DNA of 64,000 bases from Felis catus. Taxonomy: Eukaryota. Positions within the stretch are counted from its first letter, which is position 1, and every line of letters begins with the position of its first letter. Position numbers and translations under genes: made by a program. The stretch is from positions 102,116,001-102,180,000 of the forward strand of contig NC_058368.1 of the NCBI RefSeq assembly GCF_018350175.1, written 5' to 3'. Shown here piece by piece: positions 24,452 to 37,375 of the stretch. Under the pieces are notes generated by a model. The model searched no databases. It saw nothing but the letters and a program-made list of their open reading frames with translations, and was not told where the DNA came from.

Positions 24452-25999
24452 AATTCCTTCCCATCTTTCCTCCCTCTTACCTGTGTGACCTGATTATACC
24501 CTGACACGGATACCTCCCAGGGCCGCCTCCCACCGCTCAGACACTGGGAGTACAGCGGCAGGCATTTATACATCTGCACTGACTCACTGAATCTATTCTT
24601 CCGCTCAGTAGGACGCCCTGAAGAAAGGTTCTCAAGCAGGGTCTAACAGGATCTTTATGAGCTGGGAGTTTATTTTCCCCTCTTCAGGGGAATCGCTTTG
24701 CTAGGAGATAACAGAGATGCCGAGACCCCGCATCAACCTCCCTCTCGGCACCCACCACTAGGGATTTCTGATCAGCCAGGACCGGGGAGCGCCCCCACCG
24801 AGGACAACGGCTCACGAGGCCTTGCAAAACAAAGGAAGTTTCTTCAAGCAGCTTATCTGCATTAGCGGCACTTGATTCTAGATAGGCTAGTGCACCAACA
24901 ATTCCTCCTAGAAGAATAACAGTGGCTGAGGAGAACACACTTCCAACTGTGAAGCAATTAGAGAGCTGTTGAATGGCTGATTGCTTGCGTGTGGTCCCCT
25001 TAGTTCCCTGGTGGAGCGTGCTTAGAGTTCTGCAATTGGATAAAATGGATTGGAATGAGTGCTGTCATATAGAACTGCCAGCTGTTCTACTGTTAATAAA
25101 GACACTATTTAGCTATTAATACATCCCATTCTTCCATGTTGTGCCCATTCAGACAAAATATCTTTGTTTGCGGAGGGGGTGTGGCTGCACCTGTTCTCGA
25201 TGCGGGAATCTGCAGCCCATGGAGGACCCCGGGGTACTCTGGGCACCAACTGTGGTTACCAGGCAGGGTCTGCTTGCGAAAGAAACAGGGCGATCAGACA
25301 GTGGGACGAAAACAAGAAAAAAGCAAAGCTCTGGGTTCAACGGAGCGGCCATTTCCTCAATAGTGGCTATGTAACAGACATAGCCACTGGTTTGCTCCCC
25401 CCCCGCCAAGTTAAAATCCACTTGTAAGCAAATGCCATGCGACTCGAGATCCCCTCCCTTTTGTGGGGGACTTAATATGTTTTAAATATTCCTGGGTGTG
25501 AAGCAGGATTCTCAACAGTGATACCGGCAGGTGACGAATGCATCCTAAGGCAGAGGAACTAACAGGAGATACCACTTCTCGGAGAGGCAAAACAGCAAAG
25601 CTCTTTGTCCCTACCAAGCACTATCCCAGGCTGTTAGGAGCCCAGGCTTCGAGGAACTGACAACGGGAACGGAGAGGTAAGACTTACACACCCAGGGAGA
25701 AGTGACTCACGGGACACAAGGTTCGTTGCTTCCGTTTCTATGTGGACAGACGGGGAACACAAGAGGATGCCGAAGAGGATCTATCCAAAAATGGCAGTCA
25801 AGGCCCAAGGTAGTCCCGTTACCCACGATCACTCAGAGCAAATTTCCCTGGGGTTCGTGAAGACCTTGCTCTGGCACTGATACAACTACACCACCGTGGC
25901 TGTCACCACCCGAGTCCGTGTAAACAAAGGAGAAGAGAGAATGGAGAAGCAGGATTTAAAATAGTCACTACCAACCCGTGGGCATTAGATGGTCCCAGC

Positions 26000-26380
26000 T
26001 GTATGGGTCTCGAGCCACCGGAGCAAAATACCACAGACCGGGTGACTTCGACAACACAAATTTCTTGTTGAAATTCCTAGTGCTGAGCTGGGAAGTCCAA
26101 GATTAAGGTGCCAACAAGGTCGTCTCGTTTTGAGGCCTTTTCTCTTGGCCTGTAGGTGGCTGCCATCTTGTTGACTCCTCACATGGCATTTCTCTGTGGG
26201 CATTGGGTAAGGAGGGAAGGAGTCTCTTCTTACAAGGACACTAACCCTATCATATCAGGGTTAAGACCTCACTTAACCTCATTCGCCTGCTTATAGGTCC
26301 TATTGCCAAATACAGTCACATTAGGGGTTGAGGCCTCAACATAGGAATATGGGGAAGGGGACACAATTCAGTCTGTAGCA
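26000..26380 (-). mobile_element. MLT1 (A/B-like) LTR
   Basis: aaaataccacagaccgggtgac, gggaagtccaagattaaggtgcca, ccaaatacagtcacattagggg, cacaattcagtctgtagca. Confidence 0.88.
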
Positions 26381-26756
26381 TTAGGCGACGATTTTCCTTT
26401 TGTTCCTCGTGAGGGGTGAGAGGTGAAATGTACTGCTCAATCTTGCAAAAATAATGAGGGTGATTTCAAACAGGGGAGATAGTCTCTGGAAGCCTCTGTC
26501 TCCCTGGGTGGACTTTACCTGGAGCACAGAACCCACAAGCTATCCGCTCTCCTCGGGGCTGCTTTCTAAGAGGGGAATGATGGGAAGGAGTTCGAAAAAC
26601 AATCTGACGGTCTTCTGAAGCATAGGAAATGTACCTAGACGTAGAGACTGTGCCTTTTCTGGTCTAGAGACTTGGAAGGACTGGCTGGACGGGTATAAAG
26701 GGGCCACAGGGTGAATGGCTATTAATCGTGTCATTTTTTTTTTTTTTTCAATTTTC

Positions 26757-27235
26757 TGTACTGTGTGATGTTTTCACATCTTAAAAATCTTGCTGGCCAG
26801 GGAAAGACTACCCCTCTGAGAGCGAGCCGATTCTTAAAAGAGAGCAAAGGGCGAGGGCTAGGGCTGGGAGCACAGCTTTCCCGTGTAAACCACCCAGTTC
26901 CAAGCCCCAAGTGCCAAACCACCTCATCTCTCTAACTCACACGCCAAGCCAGTCTGTCTCCTGCTCTCAGTCGACCCAAGGCCAAGGACCAGATGCCTAA
27001 GAATCTACCCAAGGCTGACAATGCCAGCCCTATTCTGCCTTTTCTTTCCCACAGAAACACCAGGGAAGCTTCTTTCCCAGGTTTTCCCTTCACTTGGGCT
27101 TGTGCCTCCCGGTCAAGACCCATTAGGCCTGGCAAGGAATGGCGTGCCCCCTTCTCTTAAGAAATAAAAGCAACAAATTCTTCTTTGACTCAGTCACCGA
27201 TATCAATGGAAACCCTGACGTTCTTTTCAAGACAG
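26757..27235 (+). mobile_element. ERVL-type LTR (MER74/MER77-like)
   Basis: TG start, catcttaaaaatcttgctggccagggaaagactacccct, aataaa near 27163, CA end; family recalled. Confidence 0.6.
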
Positions 27236-28522
27236 GGTGCCATAAAGCGCCTTCGCCACGCAGAGAAGAAGATCTCAGTGGTCCTTGTGGCTCCAGCCAA
27301 GGGATGGAGGAGGGCAAAAGGGAGTTGAGTCAGTAGGCCACAGAAGCTTAGCCACGCCTCTCTGAGGTGCCTTTGGTGACTGGGGTGGCTGAATCTGAGC
27401 ACAGCCCTAAGGCAACTGTATTCACATACTCCAGACCACAATTTCAGCAGAGGCCACCAAGAGCACCCGGGACTAGGTAAAATGAGAGATCTGCAAGCCA
27501 GGGGCACCTCTGGCCACGGATGTTGTAACAGACCAGTAACAGAAGGCCATCTTTGCCTTGCCGGAGGAGGAAAGAGGAGCAGAAATGAGAGAGAAGGGAC
27601 GAGGGATGGATGTACCAGACCTATTTTCCCTCTTGTCTTCCTCATTCTGACTCCTTCTGCCTTGGCATCCCAACTGTCCAGGAGATATTTAAGGTGGAGA
27701 CTAGAGAATTAAACTTGCTGATAGGAGTTGGAATTTACAGAGTGGAGTTACAAACCGATTGGCCTATATTGTCATAATCAAAAGGATACAGAGGCTACAG
27801 AGTCCGTCCAATATAAAGAAGAGAATTGGATAGAGTTAAAAACAGGAGCAGGAAAGACCGGTTTAAACTTATGCAATCTTATATTTTACTTATCTTTATT
27901 AGCGGTCCTATTTCTTTATGACAGAGAAGGTGTATCACTAAACAACTTGGGAATGATTAAGAAACAAATGACCTAATAGAGTACCTACCACAAAATAGGC
28001 CCTCAATACAAATTTGTTGAACGATCACTAAAAGCTCCCTTTTTCCCTTCAGGAATTACTACAAAGGATCAGGGGAGTATGTGTCTTTATAGACTGTTCA
28101 CCCACAAGTCCCAAACCACTAAATATACAGAAAAGATGGCAACCCAAAGAATTTGATAGCAGGTCTTTAGAGCAATTCTCTAACATGACATCAGTTTACA
28201 GCATTTTGTCCGCTCTCAACCTTGCAATCTGATGCCTGGCCCCATGGCCGTTTTCTTGTATGGATTAATTTTGGAGGACAACTGAGCACCTGACTTCTCC
28301 ATAGAGGCACTTCCTTTCAGGTTTAACTCAGTTTCCTGCTTCATCAAGCTTCTCAGTGAGGACCTCTTTCCTGGTATTTGTTGGTCTTGACATATACAGC
28401 CTTCCCTTTTCTCAGAGTTATTCTTCACGTCCAACCCCACTCTTCTGGATACTTCTTTCATATCAATTCACGTGGGCTCTTCACAACAGGGAGGCATGAT
28501 TTGTCTTTTGAGACATATGTCA

Positions 28523-28675
28523 GGGGCACCTGGGTGGCTCAAATGGTGAGGCGTCCAACTCTTGTTTTCAGCTCAGGTCATGATCTCACAGTTTGTGAGT
28601 ATGAGCCCCACGTTGGGCTCTGCGCTGATAAATAAATAATATAAACTAACTAATTAACTAACTAAATAAACAAAC
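28523..28675 (+). mobile_element. CanSINE lacking its CT region, with a (TAAC)n-derived tail
   Basis: Head through gctgat joins directly to aaataaataat...aactaactaattaactaactaaataaac. Confidence 0.85.
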
Positions 28676-29654
28676 GAAGGAATACACATATTGGACCAGG
28701 AATCGGGATCAGAATAGGTCCCAGTCCTTCCAGGACCATGGGTAATACCACTTTTTCGGCCCTCAGTCTATGCACTGCATCCCAGGCCAAACCTTTCCTG
28801 ATCCTTGGGTAGAAGCATAGCTTCCCCTTCCTTCTAGTGTATTATCTCTCCCTCTGCATTTATATCTACTTGTTTATCTATTCCCTCTCCTGAGATGTGA
28901 GCTACACACAATGAGGGTCCTATGTATGGTTGGGTTCCCAGGCTGTGCTATTAGGGGTCCGGTGAATTCCTTGAATTAAGGAAGGGATGATCAATCCTGG
29001 ATACAGGGTATTCGATCTAATTCTTACTCTCCTAGCTCCTACTGTCACCGTGACAACATTGTGCTCAGTAGAATGACATGCACTCGGCTTTCCTGGGTCT
29101 ACGACCACTATCACCAATGGATGAACTTGGCCTCTGGCTTTAGTACTTTCCCACAGCAAGTTTCATCTTTTATTCCATCTCTCCCCTACTTTCCACTGTG
29201 ACAGCTGGGCCTCACCGGATGCAAAGAGACAGTATGAAGAGAAGAAGGATGATCCACACCAAATCTCTTTACTCTGACAAGATAAAATGCTTTGGCTCTC
29301 CTAGGGATCAGTGAATCAAAGGAGGCCTTAAGAGTGGCCTTGGATTTGGTCCTAGACATCTTTTGATCCAAATGGGGTGCCATTCTTCTCAAATATATGG
29401 GGTCTAACCCAGAAGGTCAGGGTAACCTGATGATCTCAGCACCCACAGCCACAATGGGACCCACAACAGAACAAAATGTCCAGCTAAAAAGAGGTGTGGA
29501 AGTGGGATAAATAAATGGAATTTGTAGACCAAAAAAATAAAGGTATAGCTTCTTGCAATGAGAGATTTTGCTTCTTTGTATTCGTTGATACATATAGATT
29601 TTTGAAATATAGTAGGTATTCAATATATTCTTACTGAAAGGAGGAAGGATGTAC

Positions 29655-30030
29655 CCTGGAGAATACTTTCCATAGCAAGCAACTGAAAAGCCACATTACA
29701 TTGGCTTACATATTAATTTATTGGACCACATAAATGAAAAATCCAAACGTTAAGAACTTCAAAGGGTTTCATCAGTTCTACCTCTGTTTTTCTGAGATTC
29801 TCTTGGCTCTGGCTTCTTCTACAGTAGTTTTATCTTTGAGTTGGCTTTCTTCTTGGTCGTAAAATAGCTTCCACAGTGTCAGACATTCTATTTGCACAAT
29901 GTCACCACCCAGGGGGTGTGAAAAGCCCACCTAGGCTTAGGTGATTGCCTTCTGTTTATGAACTATTGGTCGGGAAACGGGGGATAAGATTATAACGACC
30001 AGCTTAAGCTAATCAAGATCCATGTCTGGA
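29655..30030 (-). mobile_element. Old MLT1-like LTR remnant
   Basis: gcaagcaactgaaaagccac, taatttattggaccacataaatgaaaaatcca, cttaagctaatcaagat. Confidence 0.45.
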
Positions 30031-30142
30031 TCAGGAGGTGGCGTCACCCCCAACTTAACAACCGATAGGGTAATATCTAGAAGTTGAAAGTAGAGAATGG
30101 ATACTGATGAGGCATCCAGAAAATTCTACAAAAGGGAGCAAG

Positions 30143-30270
30143 TAGAGAGGGAAGGAAGGAAGGAAGGAAGGAAGGAAGGAAGGAAGGAAGGAATAAGGGA
30201 AAGAAGAAAGGAGGGAAAGAAAGAATGAAAGAACAAGGGAGAGACAGAAGGAGAGAAGGAAGGCAAGAGG
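30143..30270. repeat. (GGAA)n microsatellite and purine tract
   Basis: About 10 ggaa units followed by G/A-rich sequence. Confidence 0.92.
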
Positions 30271-30659
30271 GGTTGAAAATAGAAACAAAACTGTTCTTAT
30301 ACCCAGTCTCCAGGTTATTCATAGCAGAGAGGATGCAAGTCTATACTGGGGATGGTGGCGGAGGGGGTGGGGGACGCAAGGAATGAAGCATTAATTCAAC
30401 TATCCTGGGGGAGACTCTGATATTCTGTGTGATTGTACCCTTCTGCTCATTCTAAGCTCAATTGACATAAAACTAGTCTGACATTTCCACGAGCCAACTG
30501 ATTGACGATGATCTACCCAGAGACATAAAACACAGATCTTCTCCCCAGTCTGAGTCTCTCTTCCCACGTCTTGATCACATACAAATCTGACTCCGGTGAT
30601 ATCAAAGTCAAGAGGAGGGGGAGAGTGCGTCAAAAACATTAAGTGTCTGCTAAAAGATC

Positions 30660-30830
30660 CAAGTTCAAATCTGGTCTTCCATATCTTGTATAAAGCTGAT
30701 CAAGTTGCATAATTTCTCTGAGTTTTAACACCTGTATCAATAGAATGGAGATAATATCTACCTTACAGTGTTATCGTGAGGAGTACATAAAGTAATGTAC
30801 ATATAAAGCGACCACAGTGGGTATTTTATA
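30660..30830 (+). mobile_element. MIR
   Basis: aagttcaaatctgg...tttctctgagtttt...aatggagataatatctaccttacag. Confidence 0.6.
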
Positions 30831-31350
30831 ACCATCTGATCATTTCCCTTAGCAATTTCTTCTGAAAATTGATTTTTTTAAAGACCAGTTTTAGGACATT
30901 CAGGTATAATTAGTTTCAGATATGACATTGCTCGATCAGTTCCTAAAGGCTCTTAACCCTTTATTCGGAGCTTTTACAACGGCAGGAGAACGTCTATTAA
31001 TTCTCATGACAAACTGCTGTCTAATGTACTGTCCTTCCCCAAAGCTTAGTTTCCCACAGCAAACATTTTTTCAACATTTCTAAACAGCAATTGCCTGCCA
31101 TGAACTCGATGGAAGAGAGAGGGGAAGAGGAGAAACAGAGGAAAAGAGAGAGGAAGGGTGTGTGAGTTCAATTATGTACAGTTTAGCAGATCAATCACCA
31201 TTTTATCCTTGTATAGACAGACGTTTCTCAACAAAATACACAAAAGGTAGCCTTGCCCTTGCTTTTTTCTCTCTTTTCCCAAACTTCAGGTTTTTCATTG
31301 TCGAAATCCCAACAAAATGTACCAACGTGGATGAACAATAAAGATTCCAT

Positions 31351-31590
31351 GGGGCACCTGGGTGGCCCAGTTGGTTAAGCGTCCAACTTCAGCTCAGGTC
31401 ATGATCTCATACTCCATGGGTTCAAAGCCCGAGTTGGGCTCTGTGCTGACAGCATAGAGCCTGGAGTCTGCTTCAGATTCTATGTTTCCTTCTCTCTTTC
31501 TCTGCCCCTGCTCTGCTTATGCTCTCGCTTCCTCCCTCCTCCCCCCCCCCCTCTCTCTTAAAAATAAATAGAGACATATTAAAAAAAAAA
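31351..31590 (+). mobile_element. CanSINE
   Basis: Full body; TSD-like attcca on both sides. Confidence 0.94.
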
Positions 31591-32401
31591 AATTCCAGGC
31601 ACGCAAGTCACTCCGCTTCCAGAATATTCCAGAGTCACTTTTAGAAATAGTAACAGTTCCCAATTTGAAATTCTTGCAATTTTACCAGCACAGACTGCAT
31701 TTTATGGACTGGTAAGGTGAACGGATAATCTTACCATTTACCTAATACTTCATTTTTTCGCATCTTTTCACATGCCTCAATGAACATGCAGCTCTTGACT
31801 TTCACCATTCCTTCCTCAGCTCTTCAGCTTTGGTGATTTCCCTTAGTAAGGCTGAATCCAGTCACTTTTACTGGTACATTAGCAATATACAAAAAGTTAC
31901 ACAAAGGCCTGCCTAAATTTCCAAGATGCAAAAAGTACGCTATTTGTTTACTTCACTTACTCATTAATCCATATCTAAGGATATGATGGATAAATATGCT
32001 TCCTGATCTAAATTCAAGAAGAAAATGCAGTGGCAGACAAAAAGTTCAGGGCTCAGTTGTAATTTTCTCACTGAGGAAAAGAAACACTGGAACGTGTCTG
32101 TCTGACCCCGAATTTATGAGTAACATGGTATCTTGGGTAAGTCTTAAATTATTGATAAACTTGGTAACTCAAAGAAGGTTATTCCAAGACGAATAGTACT
32201 CAAAACATTTGCTAATTTTAAAATAATGGCAAAAAAAAAAAAAAAAAACCAAAGCTTTCTTCTCATCTCTAGCAAATGAATCATAAACCAAAAGTTCATA
32301 AAATGCTTTTCTTGGATTGCCTCATTGAGAAGGTAAAGGAGAGAAATAAATATGCAAAATGCCTCAATTTCTTGTTCTGGGGATTTAAAGTGACTACTAA
32401 G

Positions 32402-33552
32402 AGATAGGTCATTTGCAAATATCTTCTCCAAAATCTGTAGATTGCCTTTTAGGTTTGTTGATTTTTTCCTTAGCTGTGCAGAACCTTTGTATCTCAATGA
32501 AGTCCCAATCATTCACTTTTGCTTTTGTTTCCTGTGCCTCCGGAGATGTGTCTAGTAAGAAGTTTCTCCGGTTGAGGTCAAAGAGGTTACTAGCCGTGTT
32601 CTCCTTGAGGATTTTGAGGGTTTCCTGTCTCACGTTAAGATCTTTCATCCGTTTAGAATTTATTTTTGTGCGTCGTGTAAGAAAATGGCCCAGTTTCATT
32701 CTTCTGCATGTTGTGGTCCAGTTGAAGAGACTGTTTTTTCCATTGGATACTCTTTCCTGCTTTGTCAAAGATAAGTTGACCATGGAGTTGCAGGCCCCTT
32801 TCTGGGTTTTCCATTCTGTTCTATTGATCTATGTGTCTGTTTTTGTGCCAGGACCATACTATCTTGATGACTATAGCTTTGTAATATAACTTGAAGTCCA
32901 GAATGGTGATGTCTCCAGCTTTGCTTTGCTTTTTCAGAATGGCTTTGGCTATTTGGGGTTTTTTGTGCTTCCATACACATTTTAGGATTGTTCTAGCTCT
33001 GTGAAAAATTCTGGTGGTATTCTGATAAGGGTTGCATTAAATGTGTACATTGATTGGGTAGGATAGACATTTTAACAATGTGTGTTCTTCCAATCTATGG
33101 GCATGGAATGTTTTTCCATTGACTTGTGTCCTCTTCAATTTCTTGCATTAAGTGTTCTATAGTTTTCAGCGTACAGATCTTTTACCTCTTTGGTTACATT
33201 GATTTGTAGTGAACCACTCTCGCAGTCCAGGAATAAGTCCCACTCGGTCATGGTGAATAATTCTTTTAATGTACTATTGGATTTGATTTACTAGTATCCT
33301 GTTGAGAATTTTTGCTTCCATGTTCATAAGGAATACTGGCCTGTAATTCTCCTTTTTAGCGGGGTCTTTTTCTGGCTTTGGAGGCAAGGTGATGCTGGCA
33401 TTGTGGAATAAGTTTGGAAGTTTTTCTTCCATTTCTATTTTTTGGAATAGTTTGAGAAAAATAGGTATTAACTGTTCTTTGAATGTTTGGTAGAATTCCC
33501 CTGGGAAGCCATCTGGCCCTGGAGTTTTGTTTGTTGGGAGGTTTTTGATTAA
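32402..33552 (-). mobile_element. Carnivore L1 ORF2 fragment (RT-flanking), decayed, with internal deletions
   Basis: Translations [25 protein letters not shown]..., KINSKRMKDLNVRQETLKIL, EKIFAND are L1 ORF2. Confidence 0.95.
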
Positions 33553-33554
33553 AT

Positions 33555-33625
33555 GGGTGGTAGTTATCGTGAGGATCACTGAGTATTGTATGTAAATGAC
33601 AGAAATTAAATAAAAACTTGAAACA
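33555..33625 (+). mobile_element. Carnivore L1 3' terminal fragment
   Basis: cgtgaggatcactgagtattgtatgtaaatga...aaattaaataaaaacttgaaac. Confidence 0.65.
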
Positions 33626-33644
33626 TTAAACAAATTACCACTCT

Positions 33645-33752
33645 GGAGCACCTGGATAGATCAGTTGGGTAAGTGTTCAACTTAGCTCAAGTCATGATCT
33701 CACAGTTCGTGAGTTTGAGCCCCGCATTGGGCTCTATGCTGTCAGCACAGAG
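33645..33752 (+). mobile_element. CanSINE, 5' half only
   Basis: Head to gtcagcacagag, no CT region or tail. Confidence 0.85.
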
Positions 33753-34120
33753 AAATCCTGCAGTTACAACGAACAGATAAAAGTGGCTGATTTTCTTTTT
33801 ATTTCCTCTATTGAATAACTTTTTCTGGTAACACTTGTTAACATTCAACTCTTGGGAAATACTTCATTGAGAACATCCTTCTTTTCCATGAGACAACCAG
33901 GAATTTTAGCAACAAAATGACATGTCTTGTGAAGGCATAAGAAAAAATGAGCATCCTTATTGTCTTGACTAGATCCAAATAAATATTTGTAAATCTCACT
34001 CCCTTATAGGAAGGTGATATAATCTTGCTTGTTTATTACATCAACCATATTCTTAACCACTACTTCTAGAATACTACCTGGCACGTAATGAACTTTCAAT
34101 AAAAAGTGAGTTAGTGGGAT

Positions 34121-34342
34121 GGGGTGCCTGGGTGGCGCAGTCGGTTAAGCGTCCGACTTCAGCCAGGTCACGATCTTGCGGTCCGTGAGTTCGAGCCCCA
34201 CGTCAGGCTCTGGGCTGATGGCTCAGAGCCTGGAGCCTGTTTCCGGTTCTGTGTCTCCCTCTCTCTCTGCCCCTCCCCTGTTCATGCTCTGTCTCTCTCT
34301 GTCCCAAAAAATAAATAAACATTGAAAAAAAAATTAAAAAAA
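34121..34342 (+). mobile_element. Young SINEC_Fc-type SINE
   Basis: 19-bp TSD aaaaagtgagttagtggga at 34101-34119 and 34343-34361. Confidence 0.97.
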
Positions 34343-34844
34343 AAAAAGTGAGTTAGTGGGAAATACTTCTGAAATTCTAGGAAGATTCCATTTTTATATC
34401 TCACATACAAAAACCAATTTTTCCATGTTTATCCCAATTCAGGTCAGTGGTCAGATAACTGGAAAAGTTATATGGAATGAAGCAAGAACCAAGGAAAAGT
34501 TTGAGAAAAGTATGGCAAATGTTGAAGAGATACTTTGTCTTGGTGACATCTCAATAGTGTCCTTCAAAACACAAAGAATGATTACATGATGAATGGCAAT
34601 GACATACTAAAATATTTGCCAATTCCCTAGTAAATATGATCTCTCTCCTTTGCAGTTCGTGCTATCCTTTTCACCTAAGACACACTACCTGTATCATAAT
34701 TATTGCAACTGAATGCAGTGGAATATCCTGAAATTTCACACTGTGCTGAGTGCCACTATAGGTGGGACGTTAAGCTAAACAGTTGAAAGCACAGTGTCCA
34801 ATTTCTGAAAAGGGAGAGAAAGACACATATAGGGAAGACTCTGT

Positions 34845-35080
34845 GCCAGAGTGGTTGACAATGGAATCAGATGGCCTGAACTTGAATTCTGGCTTTGTTA
34901 GAGATACAAGATCTTGCACAGTGTACTCAACTCTTTAACATTACGCCTCCCCGTCTGTAAACAGAAGTACTAATAAAACGTGCTTTGCACAGAGTTTATG
35001 GGAAAGTTAAATGGCAGTGTACAAATACCTACACTGTGTTACATGCTTCGCATGGCCAACAAATATTTGTGATGTTCATT
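34845..35080 (+). mobile_element. MIR
   Basis: ggaatcagatggcctgaacttgaattctggctt...cctccccgtctgtaa. Confidence 0.6.
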
Positions 35081-35345
35081 AGGTGTTAAATGACTGGAAA
35101 CAATAGCATATAATAGCGTGAGAGTAGAGGTGTGAACAAATTTCTACGTGAGTGCAGCTGAAAGGCCAATTTATTCTGCCTGGAGGGCACACACTCAGGG
35201 AAAGTGTCCCTCACGGTCTTTGCTAGGCCATGAAGTCAACAGGGAGAGGTCGGGGGCGAGACATTGCAGATCAAGGTGACAGCATGAGCAAGACCAGAGG
35301 ACATGAGGTGGCATGACACATTGAAGAAAAAAACAAGTCAGGTGG

Positions 35346-35624
35346 TGCATTAATTTCCTAAGGCAGCTGGAATAAAGTACGACAAACTGGGTAACTTAAA
35401 GCAACTGAAATTTATTGCCGTGCAATACGGAAGGCTGCAAGTCCAAAACCAAGATGTCAGCAAGGAAGGCCATGCTCCCTCCGAGACCTGTAGAGAAACC
35501 ACTCCCCAGCCTCTTCCTATCTGTTGGTGGTTTGTGGCAAGCTTTGCCATTTCTTCACTTTTATTTTTTTTTTTTTATCTATTTTTTTAAAGAGAGAGAG
35601 AGAGAGCATGCACAAGCAGGGACA

Positions 35625-35666
<42 letters not shown>

Positions 35667-36068
35667 AAAGAGAGAATCTTAAGCAGGCTCCATGCTCACT
35701 GTGGGGTCCAACACAGGGCTCGATCCCATGACCCTGGGATCACGACCAGAGACAAAATCAAGAGTTGAACCCTCAACCGACCGAGCCACTCAGGAACCCC
35801 TACCATCCCTTCACTTTTAGATGATTCACCACAAATGGACATCTTCCCATGATATTCTCCCTGTGTCTCTCTACATCACCTTCCTCCTATGCATGTCCAT
35901 CTCTATGTCCAAATTTCCCCTTTTTATAGGAGCATCAGTAGCATCTTTTACAGGAGAATCTGGAAGACCAATTCTAACAGACCTAATTTTATTTGTAAAG
36001 AATCTGTTTTCAGATAGGGTCACATTTTCAGATGTTGGGTTAGGACTCCATTAATTCAATCCATAACA
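35346..36068 (-). mobile_element. MLT1 (C/D-like) LTR with 5-bp TSD, interrupted by a SINE
   Basis: tgcattaatttcctaaggcagctg...caatccataaca; ggtgg at 35341-35345 and 36069-36073. Confidence 0.88.
35564..35800 (-). mobile_element. CanSINE nested in MLT1, with an internal (CA)n
   Basis: TSD ccatttcttcactttta / ccatcccttcactttta. Confidence 0.92.
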
Positions 36069-36543
36069 GGTGGTACTGCCTGAGTGTAGGATTCATACAG
36101 AAAGAGGAGTAGGTAGCAAGCCGGCAGAAGTCATCAACCAAATCCTGTGACGCCGTGGAGATTGCACTTTGTTTTAGAGGAAACAAATAAACACTAACGG
36201 GTTTTACCCGCAGGAGCATTTTGATAAGGCCAACATTTTAAAAATTATCTCAGTTGGCGGTGGTAAGGATGGATGGGACCATGGGATACCTGGGAAGAAG
36301 AGTATCATGCGTGGGTATGACACTGTTCAATATGACATGGGCATTTATACTCATGTGGGGTCCATCCGGGAGTGGAACTCGTGGCTGAAACACAAAGGAG
36401 CAGATGCAGGAGAGATTTGGGCAACGCAGCAGAAGAGACCAAGCACCACTGTGCATTCTTCCATCTTCTCTGGAGAGAGGTCCTTGAGGGCACAATCCAC
36501 ACCTAACTCATTTTGAACCCTTTCACCACGTCTAAACCGTGCC

Positions 36544-36973
36544 GTCTATTTTCATTGGCTCGTGTTGCCACAGACTGTGGGGCTTAGGTGACAGAAGCTT
36601 ATATTCTCATTATTCTCATAGTTCTGGAAGCTAGAAGTCCAAGATCTGGGCGCCAGCATGACTAGTTTCTATCTTGTAGGGCTCTTCTCTTGGCTTACAG
36701 GTGGCCAACATCTTGTGTGCTCGTGTGACATTTCCTTTGTGGTGCGTTGAGGGAGGAATAGAGGGAGGCAATGAGAGACAGCATGTGCACAAGCTCTCTG
36801 GTGTCTCTTTTTACAAGAGTATTAATCCCATAGCGGGGTCTCATTCTCATGATTTCACCTACCCCTCATCATCTCTCAAAAGCTCCGTCTCCAAATACCG
36901 TCACACTGGGTGTTAGGGCTTTACTATACAAATTGGGGGTGGGGGTTACATAGACATTAAATCCATAATACCA
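36544..36973 (-). mobile_element. MLT1 (A-like) LTR
   Basis: catagttctggaagctagaagtccaagatc, ctctctggtgtctctttt, tctccaaataccgtcacactggg. Confidence 0.85.
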
Positions 36974-37045
36974 TGTACCTAACACTTCGTAGGGGATTCA
37001 AAAAAACGAACAAGACGAAAGAATGCACTCATGGCATTGGGATTT

Positions 37046-37207
37046 AGGTTGCCATATTAAGTACAGGGCACTCCATTAAATTTGAATTTCAAATAACCAA
37101 TAAGTTTTAGTGTAACAATGTCTAATAACTAAAAGTTATTTGTTATTTCTATAAAATTCAAGTTTAACTGGGGATCCTATATTTTTATTTGCTAAATCTG
37201 GCAACCC
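37046..37207. mobile_element. MER53 palindromic hAT MITE
   Basis: aggttgcca...ttaaatttgaatttca...aaattcaagtttaactgggg...tttgctaaatctggcaaccc. Confidence 0.85.
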
Positions 37208-37244
37208 ACATATATAGATATTTATTTTAAAGGCATATTTCCTA

Positions 37245-37375
37245 ATGCAGTAAGACGTGTATACATTTGAGACATGCAACATTTGGAACACATTTGTACT
37301 AAAAAACGTTCATTGTTTATATGAAATTGAAATGTAACTGGCCCTGTATTTTTATTTACTAAATCTGACAACCCT
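37245..37375. mobile_element. Second, partial MER53 (centre plus right arm)
   Basis: tactaaaaaacgttcattgtttatatgaaattgaaatgtaactgg...tttactaaatctgacaaccct. Confidence 0.8.

Noticed and set aside
24684..24938. ORF with a hydrophobic, signal-peptide-like N-terminus
   Set aside because: GTG start, no recognisable homology, no convincing splice context.
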